Source: a virus. Taken from it: a DNA stretch of 64,000 bases. Positions within the stretch are counted from its first letter, which is position 1; each line of letters begins with the position of its first letter. The DNA lies in IMG/VR virus record IMGVR_UViG_3300032213_002832, positions 103,516-167,515 of that record; one strand, 5' to 3'. The position numbers and the translations under genes are program-made. Positions 47,296 to 57,433 of this stretch are shown piece by piece. The notes below the pieces were generated by a model that searched no databases, was not told the origin of the DNA, and saw only the letters and a list, made by a program, of their open reading frames with translations.

Positions 47296-48165
47296 ATGGC
47301 GGATAATAACGACTGTGGTCCTAATGGGTTACCATATAGTGGAATAGTTCCAACAGGATCTGGTTTTAATGGTGGTGGAACTATTGGTAGCGGGTCTAAC
47401 TATCCGACTTCACCAACATCTACTCCTTCTCCAATGCCTCTCTTCATTCCAGACCCAAGTATTAAGGGGATATCGTTTGACCAACTACTCCAAAATAGAG
47501 GGGTTCGATTCGTTCATCGTAAGAAAACGCCCTGCCCTAACATAGAGACTGTTTTTGACAATAGTCATAACCCAAACTGTCCTCTATGTACAAATGGCTT
47601 AATCACATACTCTGAAAAAGAGATTTGGGGAGTCTTCTACAGTAACTCTTTAGAAAAGAATTTTGAATATCAAGGTTTATGGGAGATTGGTAGTGCCGTG
47701 GTAACTCTACCTACAGAGTATCCAGATGGTTCTCAAGCAGAATTCAATACATTTGACCAACTAGTTATTCCAGACTTTAAGGTAAGAATGTGGGAGCTTA
47801 AGGAGTATAAGCCTACTGCTAATAAGCAACAGATCCTGCGGTATCCTATACTAGATGTTGAGTATGTAGCATCGGCAGTGAATAATACGCTGGTCCAATA
47901 CACTAAAGGCGTAGATTTTAATATCACTAATAACAACATTGAGTGGATATCTGGAAGAGAGCCTGTGTATAATGTTGGGCAGAGCAAAGGTGATGTCTAT
48001 GTAGTCCAGTATTATGCAAATCCTGTGTATAACGTTCTACAGCACTTAAGAGAATTAAGAATTACTCAAGAGCTTAATCTACAAGGACAAAAGACGCCTA
48101 AGCGCTTACCACAGCAAGTATTAGTACGTCGTGATTTCTTAAATAACCCGTCTAGACAAGAATAG
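47296..48165 (+). CDS. Putative neck / head-tail joining protein
   Basis: First gene of the structural block; CP...CPLC..G zinc motif; GVDFNI..WI repeat typical of myovirus structural proteins. Confidence 0.5.
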   Translation: MADNNDCGPNGLPYSGIVPTGSGFNGGGTIGSGSNYPTSPTSTPSPMPLFIPDPSIKGISFDQLLQNRGVRFVHRKKTPCPNIETVFDNSHNPNCPLCTNGLITYSEKEIWGVFYSNSLEKNFEYQGLWEIGSAVVTLPTEYPDGSQAEFNTFDQLVIPDFKVRMWELKEYKPTANKQQILRYPILDVEYVASAVNNTLVQYTKGVDFNITNNNIEWISGREPVYNVGQSKGDVYVVQYYANPVYNVLQHLRELRITQELNLQGQKTPKRLPQQVLVRRDFLNNPSRQE

Positions 48166-48234
48166 AGCAACAACCTGTATGGTGAGTTATAATATACATG
48201 ATAGAGTTGGGTTCAGCTATATTGGAGGTGCGCA

Positions 48235-49782
48235 ATGCCGGCGCCAGTAAGTAAAAAACAGTACCGCTACATGCTTGCCATTATTCATGGCAACAAGAAT
48301 GGAACATCTTCGCGAGGCGATCGTGTACCTAAATCTGTTGCCGGTAAATATGCTGGCTCTAAGCCAAGTGATCTTCCAGAAAGCAAGGGCAAAGAAGACA
48401 AGGGTGGCAAGTGGAATGATAAGCATCATGATAAAGCCAAAAAGGGCACAGACACTAAGCGAGAAGAGCGTAAGAGTAAGAAAAAACTAAACAAAGCATT
48501 AGAAAACTACTTAATAAACAATAACCGTAAAGGTGCTGGCTGTTTAGTAGTTGACGATAAAGGTAGATTCTTATTAGGCCAAAGATCGGACAACGGTTTG
48601 TGGTCTACTCCTGGTGGCCATGTAGAAGATGGAGAGTCTTTTGAACAAGGAGCTCTTCGTGAGCTTCAAGAAGAAACTGGGATATCTGGTAAAAGTGCTG
48701 GTGAAATAAATTCAGCCGAGTATCGTGGATATGATACTAAGACTTTTCTTGTAACTTCATTTAAGGGTAAACTTAAGAAGAACCCAGAGTTTCTAGATGT
48801 AAAATGGTTTTATGTAAGTGATATTCCATGGGATGCTACAAGTGACTACACTTCAGATGCTATTGGTAAGTATGTCAAAAAAGAATTGGCAAAGAGTAAT
48901 AGTTTAGAGATGTTAGCAGCAGAAGAAGAATTACAGAAGAATATCATACGCTCTGGCAATGCTCCAGCAAATACCACTTATGAGTTAAATCATGGTGATG
49001 CTCTTAAAATGGTTGGCAACGGTACATTCCGCATGCTACGCGATGCCGTAAAAGATATGGCTGATGAGGATTTTAGAGAGGTTAAGATAGATCAGAATAC
49101 TCTCTATATAAGAAAACATGCGAATGACATATATTCAGGTCGTGTTAGTGATGGGCATAAACAAATTCACCAATTCACCAATAAGTCACTACCTGCTGTT
49201 ACAGCAGAGTTGATGAGTGTATTCGAGTGGTACCTTCCAGAAGATGAAAAAGAACTTGAGTTACTAGACGATACACTAGAAAGTGACGCTATTGACGGCG
49301 GGCTAAATTCGCTAATTGACTCCTATAGAAAACACAATATTGTTAATATCTATAGTGAGATGGAGAACATCCGCGAAGAGATGCGCCATGGTATGGCTGT
49401 CGATTTACAGCAGATTGAACAGAAGATGATGAAGTTGTTTGATAAGCTAGAATCAACTGTTATTGATATAGCAGATAAGCACAACAACCTAAGCGGCGAA
49501 GCCGGTGATGCTGTTGACATGCTTGAATCAAAATTGAAAGAATTACAAACTAAAATTGACGAACTTGGAAAACAACCAGTTAGCGTTGAAGCATATTCTG
49601 GTTCTCCACAAAATGATAAAAAAGTACACGAAGAATTTTACAGCTACCTACCACGACCCGAAGTCTCGATATCTCCCGACGGACATATAAAAATATCCTT
49701 TGGCTCAGATTGGACTCAAATGGAGCGTAGCAATTTCCTTAATGATATGAGAGCTAAGGTTGTGAAGCGCGGAGGACACTAG
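48235..49782 (+). CDS. Nudix-domain protein in the virion module
   Basis: Nudix box GGHVEDGESFEQGALRELQEETG; basic SKKQYRYM N-terminus; coiled coil. Confidence 0.72.
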   Translation: MPAPVSKKQYRYMLAIIHGNKNGTSSRGDRVPKSVAGKYAGSKPSDLPESKGKEDKGGKWNDKHHDKAKKGTDTKREERKSKKKLNKALENYLINNNRKGAGCLVVDDKGRFLLGQRSDNGLWSTPGGHVEDGESFEQGALRELQEETGISGKSAGEINSAEYRGYDTKTFLVTSFKGKLKKNPEFLDVKWFYVSDIPWDATSDYTSDAIGKYVKKELAKSNSLEMLAAEEELQKNIIRSGNAPANTTYELNHGDALKMVGNGTFRMLRDAVKDMADEDFREVKIDQNTLYIRKHANDIYSGRVSDGHKQIHQFTNKSLPAVTAELMSVFEWYLPEDEKELELLDDTLESDAIDGGLNSLIDSYRKHNIVNIYSEMENIREEMRHGMAVDLQQIEQKMMKLFDKLESTVIDIADKHNNLSGEAGDAVDMLESKLKELQTKIDELGKQPVSVEAYSGSPQNDKKVHEEFYSYLPRPEVSISPDGHIKISFGSDWTQMERSNFLNDMRAKVVKRGGH

Positions 49783-49784
49783 TC

Positions 49785-50510
49785 GTGAGTGTTCACCTGT
49801 ATATAGAGCGACTTAGATCTGAACTTAGACTAAGTGATATATCTAGTTTAGAATCCCAATATATATGTGATGAAGCTGAAGATAGAATCAACGAGGCTGT
49901 ACTCTCTATAGTCTCTAATGCTGTCAATGGTGCTATTGACCACGCCATTAGTATTGGTGCTAATGATTTTGTAGAAGATGTACAAATAGTGCCTGATTCT
50001 AATGGCTTATATCAAATATCTACACATTCTGGTATATTGGATTACTCTAAGCCAGAACAGCAAATGCTATCTAAACTCTTATCAAATGCCGATATTAGTG
50101 CCGATGGGCATAGGTATAAAGTAATACCTATTCCACAAAAAGATACTCGGGTAGAACATAGTATGTTTAGTATGCTACAAAATCGCCAAGACTCTATCGA
50201 TAATTCACGAGCAGCATTAAGAGAGCAAGCTAAAAATCGTAAGGCAGATATTGGCAGTGCGTTGAAAGAAAGCATAGCACAACAAGCCGCAGCAGTTAGA
50301 GCTACAAGAGAAGCAGCAAAAGCTAAAACTGGACCAGTAGAGTTTAGAACAGCATCAGATAGACAAGACCCTTTGAAAGCTTGGGTGATTCCAGAAAAAG
50401 AGGCAGATATGACTGATTATATACAAGACGCTAATAAAAACATAATAGATCAATCAAATCAAGCTATTAGCGAAATTATTGATTCATACTACTCAAGTTA
50501 CGGGAGATAA
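49785..50510 (+). CDS. Putative neck / tail-completion protein
   Basis: Position; FRTAS...WVIP motif seen in myovirus neck-region proteins. Confidence 0.45.
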   Translation: MSVHLYIERLRSELRLSDISSLESQYICDEAEDRINEAVLSIVSNAVNGAIDHAISIGANDFVEDVQIVPDSNGLYQISTHSGILDYSKPEQQMLSKLLSNADISADGHRYKVIPIPQKDTRVEHSMFSMLQNRQDSIDNSRAALREQAKNRKADIGSALKESIAQQAAAVRATREAAKAKTGPVEFRTASDRQDPLKAWVIPEKEADMTDYIQDANKNIIDQSNQAISEIIDSYYSSYGR

Positions 50511-50512
50511 TT

Positions 50513-51154
50513 ATGGGATATGCGCTTCCACAAGTATCATTACATAGGGTTATATGGAAGGGTATTCAAGATATTAAGAATAATATCGATATCCTAGATG
50601 ACATATTTCAGTACTACACCGTTGAACCTATAAATAGAGATTACGGTACACCTTATATAGAGAACATCAAGAAATGGATCTTACAGACTGAGATACCTGT
50701 TGTACAAGCATGGTCCATCAATCCACAGCAAGCTCCACAAATTGCTATCAGATTGGCTTCAGAGCAAGAAGATGAAAGTAAGGCTGGCATTAATGATTAC
50801 TTCGGCGAAGGAGAAAATGCTGAGATAGGCACTAGTCCATTTATAGTGAATCTTGATATCCTATTAATGACTTCACGCAATAGTGATGAGACATTATGGC
50901 TCTACTATATAGTTAACTATATATTATTTAAGAATAAAAGACAAGCAGAAAGATTAGGTTTACAATTACAGACTTTTAGTGCTACAGACAACTCTAGGGA
51001 TACTGGTAAGCTAGCGGAGAACATATGGGTTAGGACTATTAAGTTTAGATGTATAGTTCAAAACTTCTGGGATGCTGAACCTTACTTGGATATAGAAGAA
51101 GTTGACGTTGACGTAGAGTCTGAGCCGCTATTCGATGAAGAAGCTGATATATAA
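50513..51154 (+). CDS. Putative tail terminator / completion protein
   Basis: Position upstream of sheath; alpha/beta pattern, acidic tail. Confidence 0.45.
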   Translation: MGYALPQVSLHRVIWKGIQDIKNNIDILDDIFQYYTVEPINRDYGTPYIENIKKWILQTEIPVVQAWSINPQQAPQIAIRLASEQEDESKAGINDYFGEGENAEIGTSPFIVNLDILLMTSRNSDETLWLYYIVNYILFKNKRQAERLGLQLQTFSATDNSRDTGKLAENIWVRTIKFRCIVQNFWDAEPYLDIEEVDVDVESEPLFDEEADI

Positions 51155-51193
51155 TTAGATGATATAATAATACATTATAGATACGGAGATTTT

Positions 51194-51433
51194 ATGAAAG
51201 ATAAAGAACTCAAAGCTAAAATTAAAGAGATGGAAGCTAAGAAGCGTGAAGAAGTAGCACCTGAAGTAGAAGCAAAAGTTAGCTTTGATCAATGGTGGGT
51301 TATGCTAACAAAGCGCATGAAGTTAAAACCATCACTAAAGGAAATTATGTGGGCCGACTTCAATGCTAGAGGCGTTGGCAAAGAAGAATTATCTAGTAAG
51401 TATGATGAGTGTTTAAAACTCTTTGGTTTATAA
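51194..51433 (+). CDS. Hypothetical protein
   Basis: GGAG RBS, TATAAT upstream. Confidence 0.6.
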   Translation: MKDKELKAKIKEMEAKKREEVAPEVEAKVSFDQWWVMLTKRMKLKPSLKEIMWADFNARGVGKEELSSKYDECLKLFGL

Positions 51434-51593
51434 GCATATCATACTTAGCGTTAACATAGGATTTTTAGTCCTGATTTTAGGCTAGTTGCTCATGATACAA
51501 TAGTAGAGATTAGGGTGCTTGTTATACCTTACGAGATATCCCAGTATCAACAAAAGAACTTAAAGAACTAGACATCACATAAGGAGACACACT

Positions 51594-53768
51594 ATGGCTA
51601 TTAATGTATCATTTAACGGGGCCACAATATATAAGCCAGGTTCGTATTCCAAAACGAATATTGACTTGGGTGGAGGCTTTCCACTTGGACCAGCTGGACT
51701 AGTTGCTGTTATCGGTGAAGCCGATGCTGGAGCACCAGGTGCTCAAGAAGTAAATATCGCAAACAATCGTTTCCAAGCAGATCAGATTTCTTCTATTAGA
51801 AATAAGTATCGCAGTGGACCAATTGCTGACTCTGCCGCAATGCTATTCGCACCTGCTGCTGATGCTGCGATTCCTGGTGGAGCACAAACTGTTTGGTTCT
51901 ACAAAACCAATGCTTCAGTTCGCGCTACATTGGCATTAGCAACTACTTATGGAACTGCTCGCGCAACTGAATGGGGCGTTGGTGGAAACAAAGTCTCTGT
52001 TAAGAACGTATTAATCTCTGAAACTGCTGCTACAGTAGCTTCAACTGCTCCATTTGATGCCAACACTGTTAGTGCTGGTAACTTCAGTGTTCGAGTAAAT
52101 GGTGCTACTGCTACTACTGTTACTGTTGCTGGTACATACGCAACTCATGCTGCGTTTGTAGCTGATGTCGCAACATGGACTGTTGCTGGTATGACGTTTA
52201 CTGCTGGTGGTATAACTGGCGCTTCTACACTTACAATCGCAATGGCTGCTGCTCCTACTGCTCATCAAAATGGTTGGGGACGTAGTTTTGAATTAGTAGA
52301 TGGAACTGGTTTAGTACTCGCAGATATGGGTGTTGCTGTAGGACTAAAAACTCCTGTTGTTGAGCCTAGTGCTACTCTTACGTTAAATCAAACTCGTGAC
52401 GGAATCTCTGAGAGTGACTCATTGGGTGGAAATGTAGTTCTATCTATTGGTCATGATGGTTCTGGTGGTGTTACATCTGCTAGCGTCACTATTGACGCAA
52501 CAAATATTACACTTACAACAAACTTAGGTTCACAAATACTTCCTAAAGCTGGTTTTGCTATTCTTAAAGAAGTTGTTGATGAAATTAATTTAATCTCTTA
52601 TGGTGGTTGGTCCGCATCACTATCTAGTACACTATATAACCAATTATCTCCTTCAGTACTTGATGAAGTAACAACTGTTGGCGCACTTGCTGCTACTAGC
52701 GCAAAACCGGCACGTTTAAAGAAAGATGCCTCTGATGTATCAGATTTCTTTGCTGAAAGCTCTATGGCTTCTCTTGAAGATGCCGCAGCAAAAGGTCTTC
52801 CAGATGCTTTAGCTGAATCACTATTAGCTGGTGGAGCAAGAGGCGCAACATCGCCTGCTAGCATCGTTGCTGCTCTTGAGAAGTTTGAGAAGTTCCATGT
52901 AAACGCTATCGTCCCCCTATTCTCATGGGATGCTACAGATGATATCGCTGATGGTACTACTGACGCTGGTTCGACTTATACAATCGCTGGTATTCATCAA
53001 GCTGTTAAGACGCACATCTCACTAATGAAGACTACAAAGAAGAGATCAGAGCGTCAAGGATATTTATCTCTTAAAGATAGCTTTGCTAACTGTAAAATAG
53101 TTGCTGGTGATTTAGCTGATGGTCGTGAGCAATTAGTTATTCAAGATGTTCGTCAATCAGACGCTCAAGGTAATATCAAGTGGTTCCAACCATGGTCGCT
53201 TGCTTGCTTACTTGCTGGCGCACGCGGTGGAGCACCAATTGGTGAACCAATGACATTTAAGTTCTTAAATTGCTCTGGCATTAGACATACGGCTCAACCA
53301 ATGTCTACTCCTGATGCTGATATTGTAGTTGACTTTGATCCAGATCTACAAACTGACGAAGCAATCCAATCTGGCCTAACATTCCTCGAAAATCCACAAA
53401 ACGGTGGGTTCAGAGTTGTTGTAGATAATACAACTTATGGTAGAGACGGAAACTTTGTTTGGAATAGAGCTAACGTAGTTTACGCTGCTGACATTGTAGC
53501 ATTCAACTTGCGTAACTCTCTCGAAGCAGTGTACGTTGGTAAGAAGAATACAGTTTCAGTTGCCGATATTGCTGGTGTAGCAAGTACTATTCTTAATGGC
53601 TTCTTAACTCAAGGCATTACAGTGAGTACAGCGGACGCCCCGCAAGGATTTAAGAACTTAGTTGTTCGCTTAGAAGGTAATACTATTTACGTTGAAGTCA
53701 CTATTAAGATTGTAGAAGGAATCGACTTCATCCTCTCTGAAATCACAATTCAGCGAGCAACTGCTTAA
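51594..53768 (+). CDS. Contractile tail sheath protein
   Basis: N-terminal FNG..IYKPGSY, VIGEADAG.P, G..GN.V; C-terminal sheath domain (EPMTFK...VVDNTTY...IDFI). Confidence 0.88.
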   Translation: MAINVSFNGATIYKPGSYSKTNIDLGGGFPLGPAGLVAVIGEADAGAPGAQEVNIANNRFQADQISSIRNKYRSGPIADSAAMLFAPAADAAIPGGAQTVWFYKTNASVRATLALATTYGTARATEWGVGGNKVSVKNVLISETAATVASTAPFDANTVSAGNFSVRVNGATATTVTVAGTYATHAAFVADVATWTVAGMTFTAGGITGASTLTIAMAAAPTAHQNGWGRSFELVDGTGLVLADMGVAVGLKTPVVEPSATLTLNQTRDGISESDSLGGNVVLSIGHDGSGGVTSASVTIDATNITLTTNLGSQILPKAGFAILKEVVDEINLISYGGWSASLSSTLYNQLSPSVLDEVTTVGALAATSAKPARLKKDASDVSDFFAESSMASLEDAAAKGLPDALAESLLAGGARGATSPASIVAALEKFEKFHVNAIVPLFSWDATDDIADGTTDAGSTYTIAGIHQAVKTHISLMKTTKKRSERQGYLSLKDSFANCKIVAGDLADGREQLVIQDVRQSDAQGNIKWFQPWSLACLLAGARGGAPIGEPMTFKFLNCSGIRHTAQPMSTPDADIVVDFDPDLQTDEAIQSGLTFLENPQNGGFRVVVDNTTYGRDGNFVWNRANVVYAADIVAFNLRNSLEAVYVGKKNTVSVADIAGVASTILNGFLTQGITVSTADAPQGFKNLVVRLEGNTIYVEVTIKIVEGIDFILSEITIQRATA

Positions 53769-53790
53769 TAATTCAGAACTAAGACTCTAG

Positions 53791-54831
53791 ATGCGCCTCC
53801 GTGGTATAATGGCTACGGAGGTTTTTATTATTAAAAAATGTATATGCTGTGATAATATCTTAAAATCTACGAAACCAGATGCTCGTATATGTAAGGTGTG
53901 TTCGCGTAAAACTAAAGAACCCGAGTTTAGGGTGTGTGGATTCTGTGACAAAAAGTTCACTGATAATTCACGTTCTAAAAATAAAAAATACTGCTCTATT
54001 AGATGTAATACCGATGCTGGCCACGCTAGACATAAAGACAACATCCTCAATGGTTCAATAGAGAAGCGTAAAGATAAGCGAGATCGTAAAGTAGAAAGAA
54101 AATATAGATATAATACTGATATAAAATTTAAGTTATCAATTGTGTTGAGAACTAGACTTAACGCTGCTATTAAGAATGGGCAAAAAGCCGGTTCCGCTAT
54201 TAAAGATCTAGGCTGTTCAGTAGATTTACTAAAATCATATCTAGAATCTAAGTTCCTACCCAATATGACTTGGGATAACTGGGGTAAAGATGGCTGGCAT
54301 ATAGATCATATAATCCCAATATCTAGTTTCGATTTAACGAATAGAGATGAATTGTTAAAAGCTTGTCACTATACTAACTTACAACCTATGTGGGCATTGG
54401 ATAATTTCATGAAATCAGATAAAATAACAATCAATAATACTATCTATATATTAGCTGGACCAAACGGGTGCGGTAAGACTACACTAGCACGAAAACTTGA
54501 TCATAAATTTAATATCATAGATTACGACTTATACACCTTTAATAAGTGTATAGAGTTAGCATTAAGCAATAATAACAAACCCCACCTCATAGTGACTCCT
54601 ATACAAGCAAAACGTATGAAGAAGTTATTAGAAAATCAAGGTGCTATAGTTAATATTATATATCTTCAAGAAACGCGTGAAACTATAGTAGAAAGAATAA
54701 TCAGTAGAGAAGGTAAGATAACAGATACTATTGATAGGCGTATTAAACGATATGAGACATTGAAAAAGAAAGATCTTTTTGTATTCTCTGGAACTCAACT
54801 TGAGGTTGAGGATTGGTTAAAGTCTATATAA
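53791..54831 (+). CDS. HNH homing endonuclease fused to a P-loop kinase-like domain (start uncertain)
   Basis: N-terminal Cys zinc fingers; MTWDNWG..WHIDHIIP...CHYTNLQPMW..N..K; GPNGCGKTT. Confidence 0.8.
   Translation: MRLRGIMATEVFIIKKCICCDNILKSTKPDARICKVCSRKTKEPEFRVCGFCDKKFTDNSRSKNKKYCSIRCNTDAGHARHKDNILNGSIEKRKDKRDRKVERKYRYNTDIKFKLSIVLRTRLNAAIKNGQKAGSAIKDLGCSVDLLKSYLESKFLPNMTWDNWGKDGWHIDHIIPISSFDLTNRDELLKACHYTNLQPMWALDNFMKSDKITINNTIYILAGPNGCGKTTLARKLDHKFNIIDYDLYTFNKCIELALSNNNKPHLIVTPIQAKRMKKLLENQGAIVNIIYLQETRETIVERIISREGKITDTIDRRIKRYETLKKKDLFVFSGTQLEVEDWLKSI
53795..53822 (+). promoter_or_regulatory. RBS-sequestering hairpin with TATAAT in the loop
   Basis: GCCTCCGTGG-TATAATGG-CTACGGAGGT; the 3' arm contains GGAGG. 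Confidence 0.65.
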
Positions 54832-54842
54832 TAATTCATAAT

Positions 54843-54877
54843 AAAGGACTGGCGAAAGCTGGTCCTTTATTTCTTTT
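54843..54877 (+). terminator. Intrinsic terminator
   Basis: AAAGGACTGGC-GAAA-GCTGGTCCTTT followed by a T-rich tract. Confidence 0.75.
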
Positions 54878-54986
54878 ATAGCTATCAAACTTAAATACCC
54901 ATATGCTATAATCTTACTAAGTCAGTAGTTGACTTAAAAAAATGTCATGGTAAGGTCAACCGCAAGACCAAAAAGAAGGAGATTTT

Positions 54987-55544
54987 ATGGCAGGTATTAA
55001 ACCGGGTTTTATTACAGGTGCGAACGCGAGAGTTAAACTTGATGGTGTAACTTTGGCATACTGTACAGATCTAAACTTTACAGTAGATGTAGCAACTATT
55101 CCAATCGAAGTTATTGGAACTTATGAAGTTAAGTCATATGAGCCAGTTGCTTATAGTGTTAACGGTTCATTTTCAGTAATCAGATATACACAAAAAGATG
55201 GTTCAACAAACCCTCATGAAGGCGCAGCAGCAAGTGGTACACCAGCTGATAAGCTAGTTGGCCCAAGTGGTAACTCTGTCGGCAAGCAATTAGATCCAGG
55301 CAGAATACTTACTTCCTCTACTTTTGATATCGAGATTCACCAAGTTGCTGCTAACAGTGAAACAACGACTGCTGCCAACAGTACTTATAAGATACAAGAT
55401 TGTCGTGTTACGCGTAGATCATCTTCTCTTAATAAGCGTGGCGTAATGGTAGATAGCTATGTATTTGTTGGTGTATTAGGTGGCGATACCGATAACGGTC
55501 AAGTTACAATAGTATCTCACTCAGGGCAAAAAGATCTAACTTAA
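54987..55544 (+). CDS. Tail tube protein
   Basis: FITGANARVK...IEVIG..E...EPVAYSVNGSF; follows sheath. Confidence 0.75.
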   Translation: MAGIKPGFITGANARVKLDGVTLAYCTDLNFTVDVATIPIEVIGTYEVKSYEPVAYSVNGSFSVIRYTQKDGSTNPHEGAAASGTPADKLVGPSGNSVGKQLDPGRILTSSTFDIEIHQVAANSETTTAANSTYKIQDCRVTRRSSSLNKRGVMVDSYVFVGVLGGDTDNGQVTIVSHSGQKDLT

Positions 55545-55563
55545 TAGATAATTAAGGTAACTA

Positions 55564-56163
55564 ATGGCCGGTAAAACTCCATTCTTTTTATCTGGTGGTA
55601 ACGCTAAAATTCTTGTGAATAACAGGACAGTAGCATATGCCACTAATGTTACTTACAGGATAAGTGTGAAGAATGCTATGCCTAGAGTACTTGGTAGAGC
55701 TGAGGTTGAAGCTATTCAACCTTTAACTTATGATGTTACCGGTTCATTATCTATTATTAAATATGGACGTGGATTACAGAGTTACTTCGGCGGCCAAGCT
55801 CCTCAAGGTGTTGATAACAAAGGCAACTCAATGGGTAGCTATGGTTTATCGAGTGTTGGTGGTGTTGTTGGGGGAGCGCTTGGTTTGCCAAACAGTAGTG
55901 GACAATTTGATGGTTCACCTAATGAAGCATTTGACCCATCACGGTTTTTCCAATCTAAGATGTTCAATATTGAAGTGCGTCAAAAATTATCTGGTAAAGA
56001 TGAAACACCAGCAGCATTGCTTCGTGATTGTAGATTTGAAGATTTATCATTTCAGTTGGATAGGCGTGGAGTAGCAACTATTCAATTAACGTTTAGGGCG
56101 CGATACGCAGATGGTGATGATATGATTGCTCGCAAATCTGGCGTAGGACAGGAGCTGAGCTAA
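55564..56163 (+). CDS. Tail tube-like paralog 2
   Basis: FLSGGNAKI...VLGRAE...PLTYDVTGSL aligns with 54987. Confidence 0.65.
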   Translation: MAGKTPFFLSGGNAKILVNNRTVAYATNVTYRISVKNAMPRVLGRAEVEAIQPLTYDVTGSLSIIKYGRGLQSYFGGQAPQGVDNKGNSMGSYGLSSVGGVVGGALGLPNSSGQFDGSPNEAFDPSRFFQSKMFNIEVRQKLSGKDETPAALLRDCRFEDLSFQLDRRGVATIQLTFRARYADGDDMIARKSGVGQELS

Positions 56164-56777
56164 TGGCTAAAGTTAAGAATGCTATTACAGAAGGTGGAAC
56201 TGCTGCTGGATTAGTTGGGGGACTCGCAACAAGTCTGACCAAGAGCGCAGTTGGCGGCTTGTCTCCATTGAATAATTTCGGTCGATATATGACTGGAACT
56301 AGAGCTATTATTAAAGTTAATGATAAGCTATTTGGCTTTGCTTTTGGTGTTAATTTCAACATACATACTGAGCATGAAGAGAATCGTACTATTGATGATT
56401 ATGTTGCTTATGAGCTAATGCCAACTCGTATCTCTGTAGATGGGACACTCTCTATGTTCCATATCCCAAACAGAGGACCAAGTAAAGAGTTCGTTCAAGC
56501 AAATGTGTTATCATTTTTAATGCACAAATATATCACTATTGAAATAAGTGACCAGACTACTGGTCAAGTAATATTTAAGACAAATAAAGCAGTTATAACA
56601 AATAGGTCACAAAGTCTACAGGCTGGTGAATTGTCGACGATTCAGTTAAGTTGGAAAGCTCTTGGTTGGGTTGATGAGTTAACTCCATTTGAACCACAAG
56701 GGGCAAGTGGAACACCATCTGCTACTCCTGGTAGTCCTTTAGCTGATATTGGTGCTCGCATTAAAAGTCTTTTTTAA
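56163..56777 (+). CDS. Tail tube-like paralog 3 / tube initiator
   Basis: YMTGTRAIIKVN...ELMPTRISVDGTL aligns with the tube fold. Confidence 0.55.
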   Translation: MAKVKNAITEGGTAAGLVGGLATSLTKSAVGGLSPLNNFGRYMTGTRAIIKVNDKLFGFAFGVNFNIHTEHEENRTIDDYVAYELMPTRISVDGTLSMFHIPNRGPSKEFVQANVLSFLMHKYITIEISDQTTGQVIFKTNKAVITNRSQSLQAGELSTIQLSWKALGWVDELTPFEPQGASGTPSATPGSPLADIGARIKSLF

Positions 56778-56794
56778 TCAAATTGTATTGAGAA

Positions 56795-57433
56795 ATGTTT
56801 TACAAGCCATATATAGGGTATAAAAGTCTAATGAAGACTTGTACTAAATGTAAAAAATCACTATCTTTATTAGAATTTCATAAACATAAGCTAAGCGCTG
56901 ATGGGTTAAATCCGTCTTGTAAACATTGCGAAAAACTTCGTAAAGCCACATATTATACTAATAATATAGAAGATTTTAAAACTTATAGTAAACTATACAC
57001 AAATCTTAATAAAGATAAGGTAAATAGTCGCAACAGACGATGGCGAAATGAGAATATAGATAAAGTTAGAGAACAACTTAGAAATCGTAAAAAACTAGAG
57101 CGTCAAGATTCCAATAAAAGATTAGCAAATACACTACGCAATAGATTAAGTTCTGCGTTAAAGGGTAGGACTAAGATGTGCGGTTTGGCGGAATATTTAG
57201 GATGTTCTATAGACGAGCTTAAAAAACACTTGGAATCTAAATTCCAGCCAGGTATGACTTGGGATAACTATGGTTTTAGAGGTTGGCATATAGATCATAT
57301 AATACCATTAAGTAAAGTAGATATTAGCACTATACAGGGTATAAAAGAAGCATGTAATTATAATAATCTTCAGCCATTATGGTGGAGAGATAATATAGTA
57401 AAAGGGAATAAATATGTACGGAGCTCTACCTAA
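56795..57433 (+). CDS. HNH homing endonuclease (start possibly 56831)
   Basis: CTKC..DGL...CKHC zinc finger; MTWDNYG..WHIDHIIP...NLQPLW..NIVK; paralog of 53791. Confidence 0.82.
   Translation: MFYKPYIGYKSLMKTCTKCKKSLSLLEFHKHKLSADGLNPSCKHCEKLRKATYYTNNIEDFKTYSKLYTNLNKDKVNSRNRRWRNENIDKVREQLRNRKKLERQDSNKRLANTLRNRLSSALKGRTKMCGLAEYLGCSIDELKKHLESKFQPGMTWDNYGFRGWHIDHIIPLSKVDISTIQGIKEACNYNNLQPLWWRDNIVKGNKYVRSST

Noticed and set aside
53769-57433. Group I introns or inteins hosting the HNH genes
   Set aside because: Flanking genes look complete and there is no room for intron core structure; treated as free-standing endonucleases
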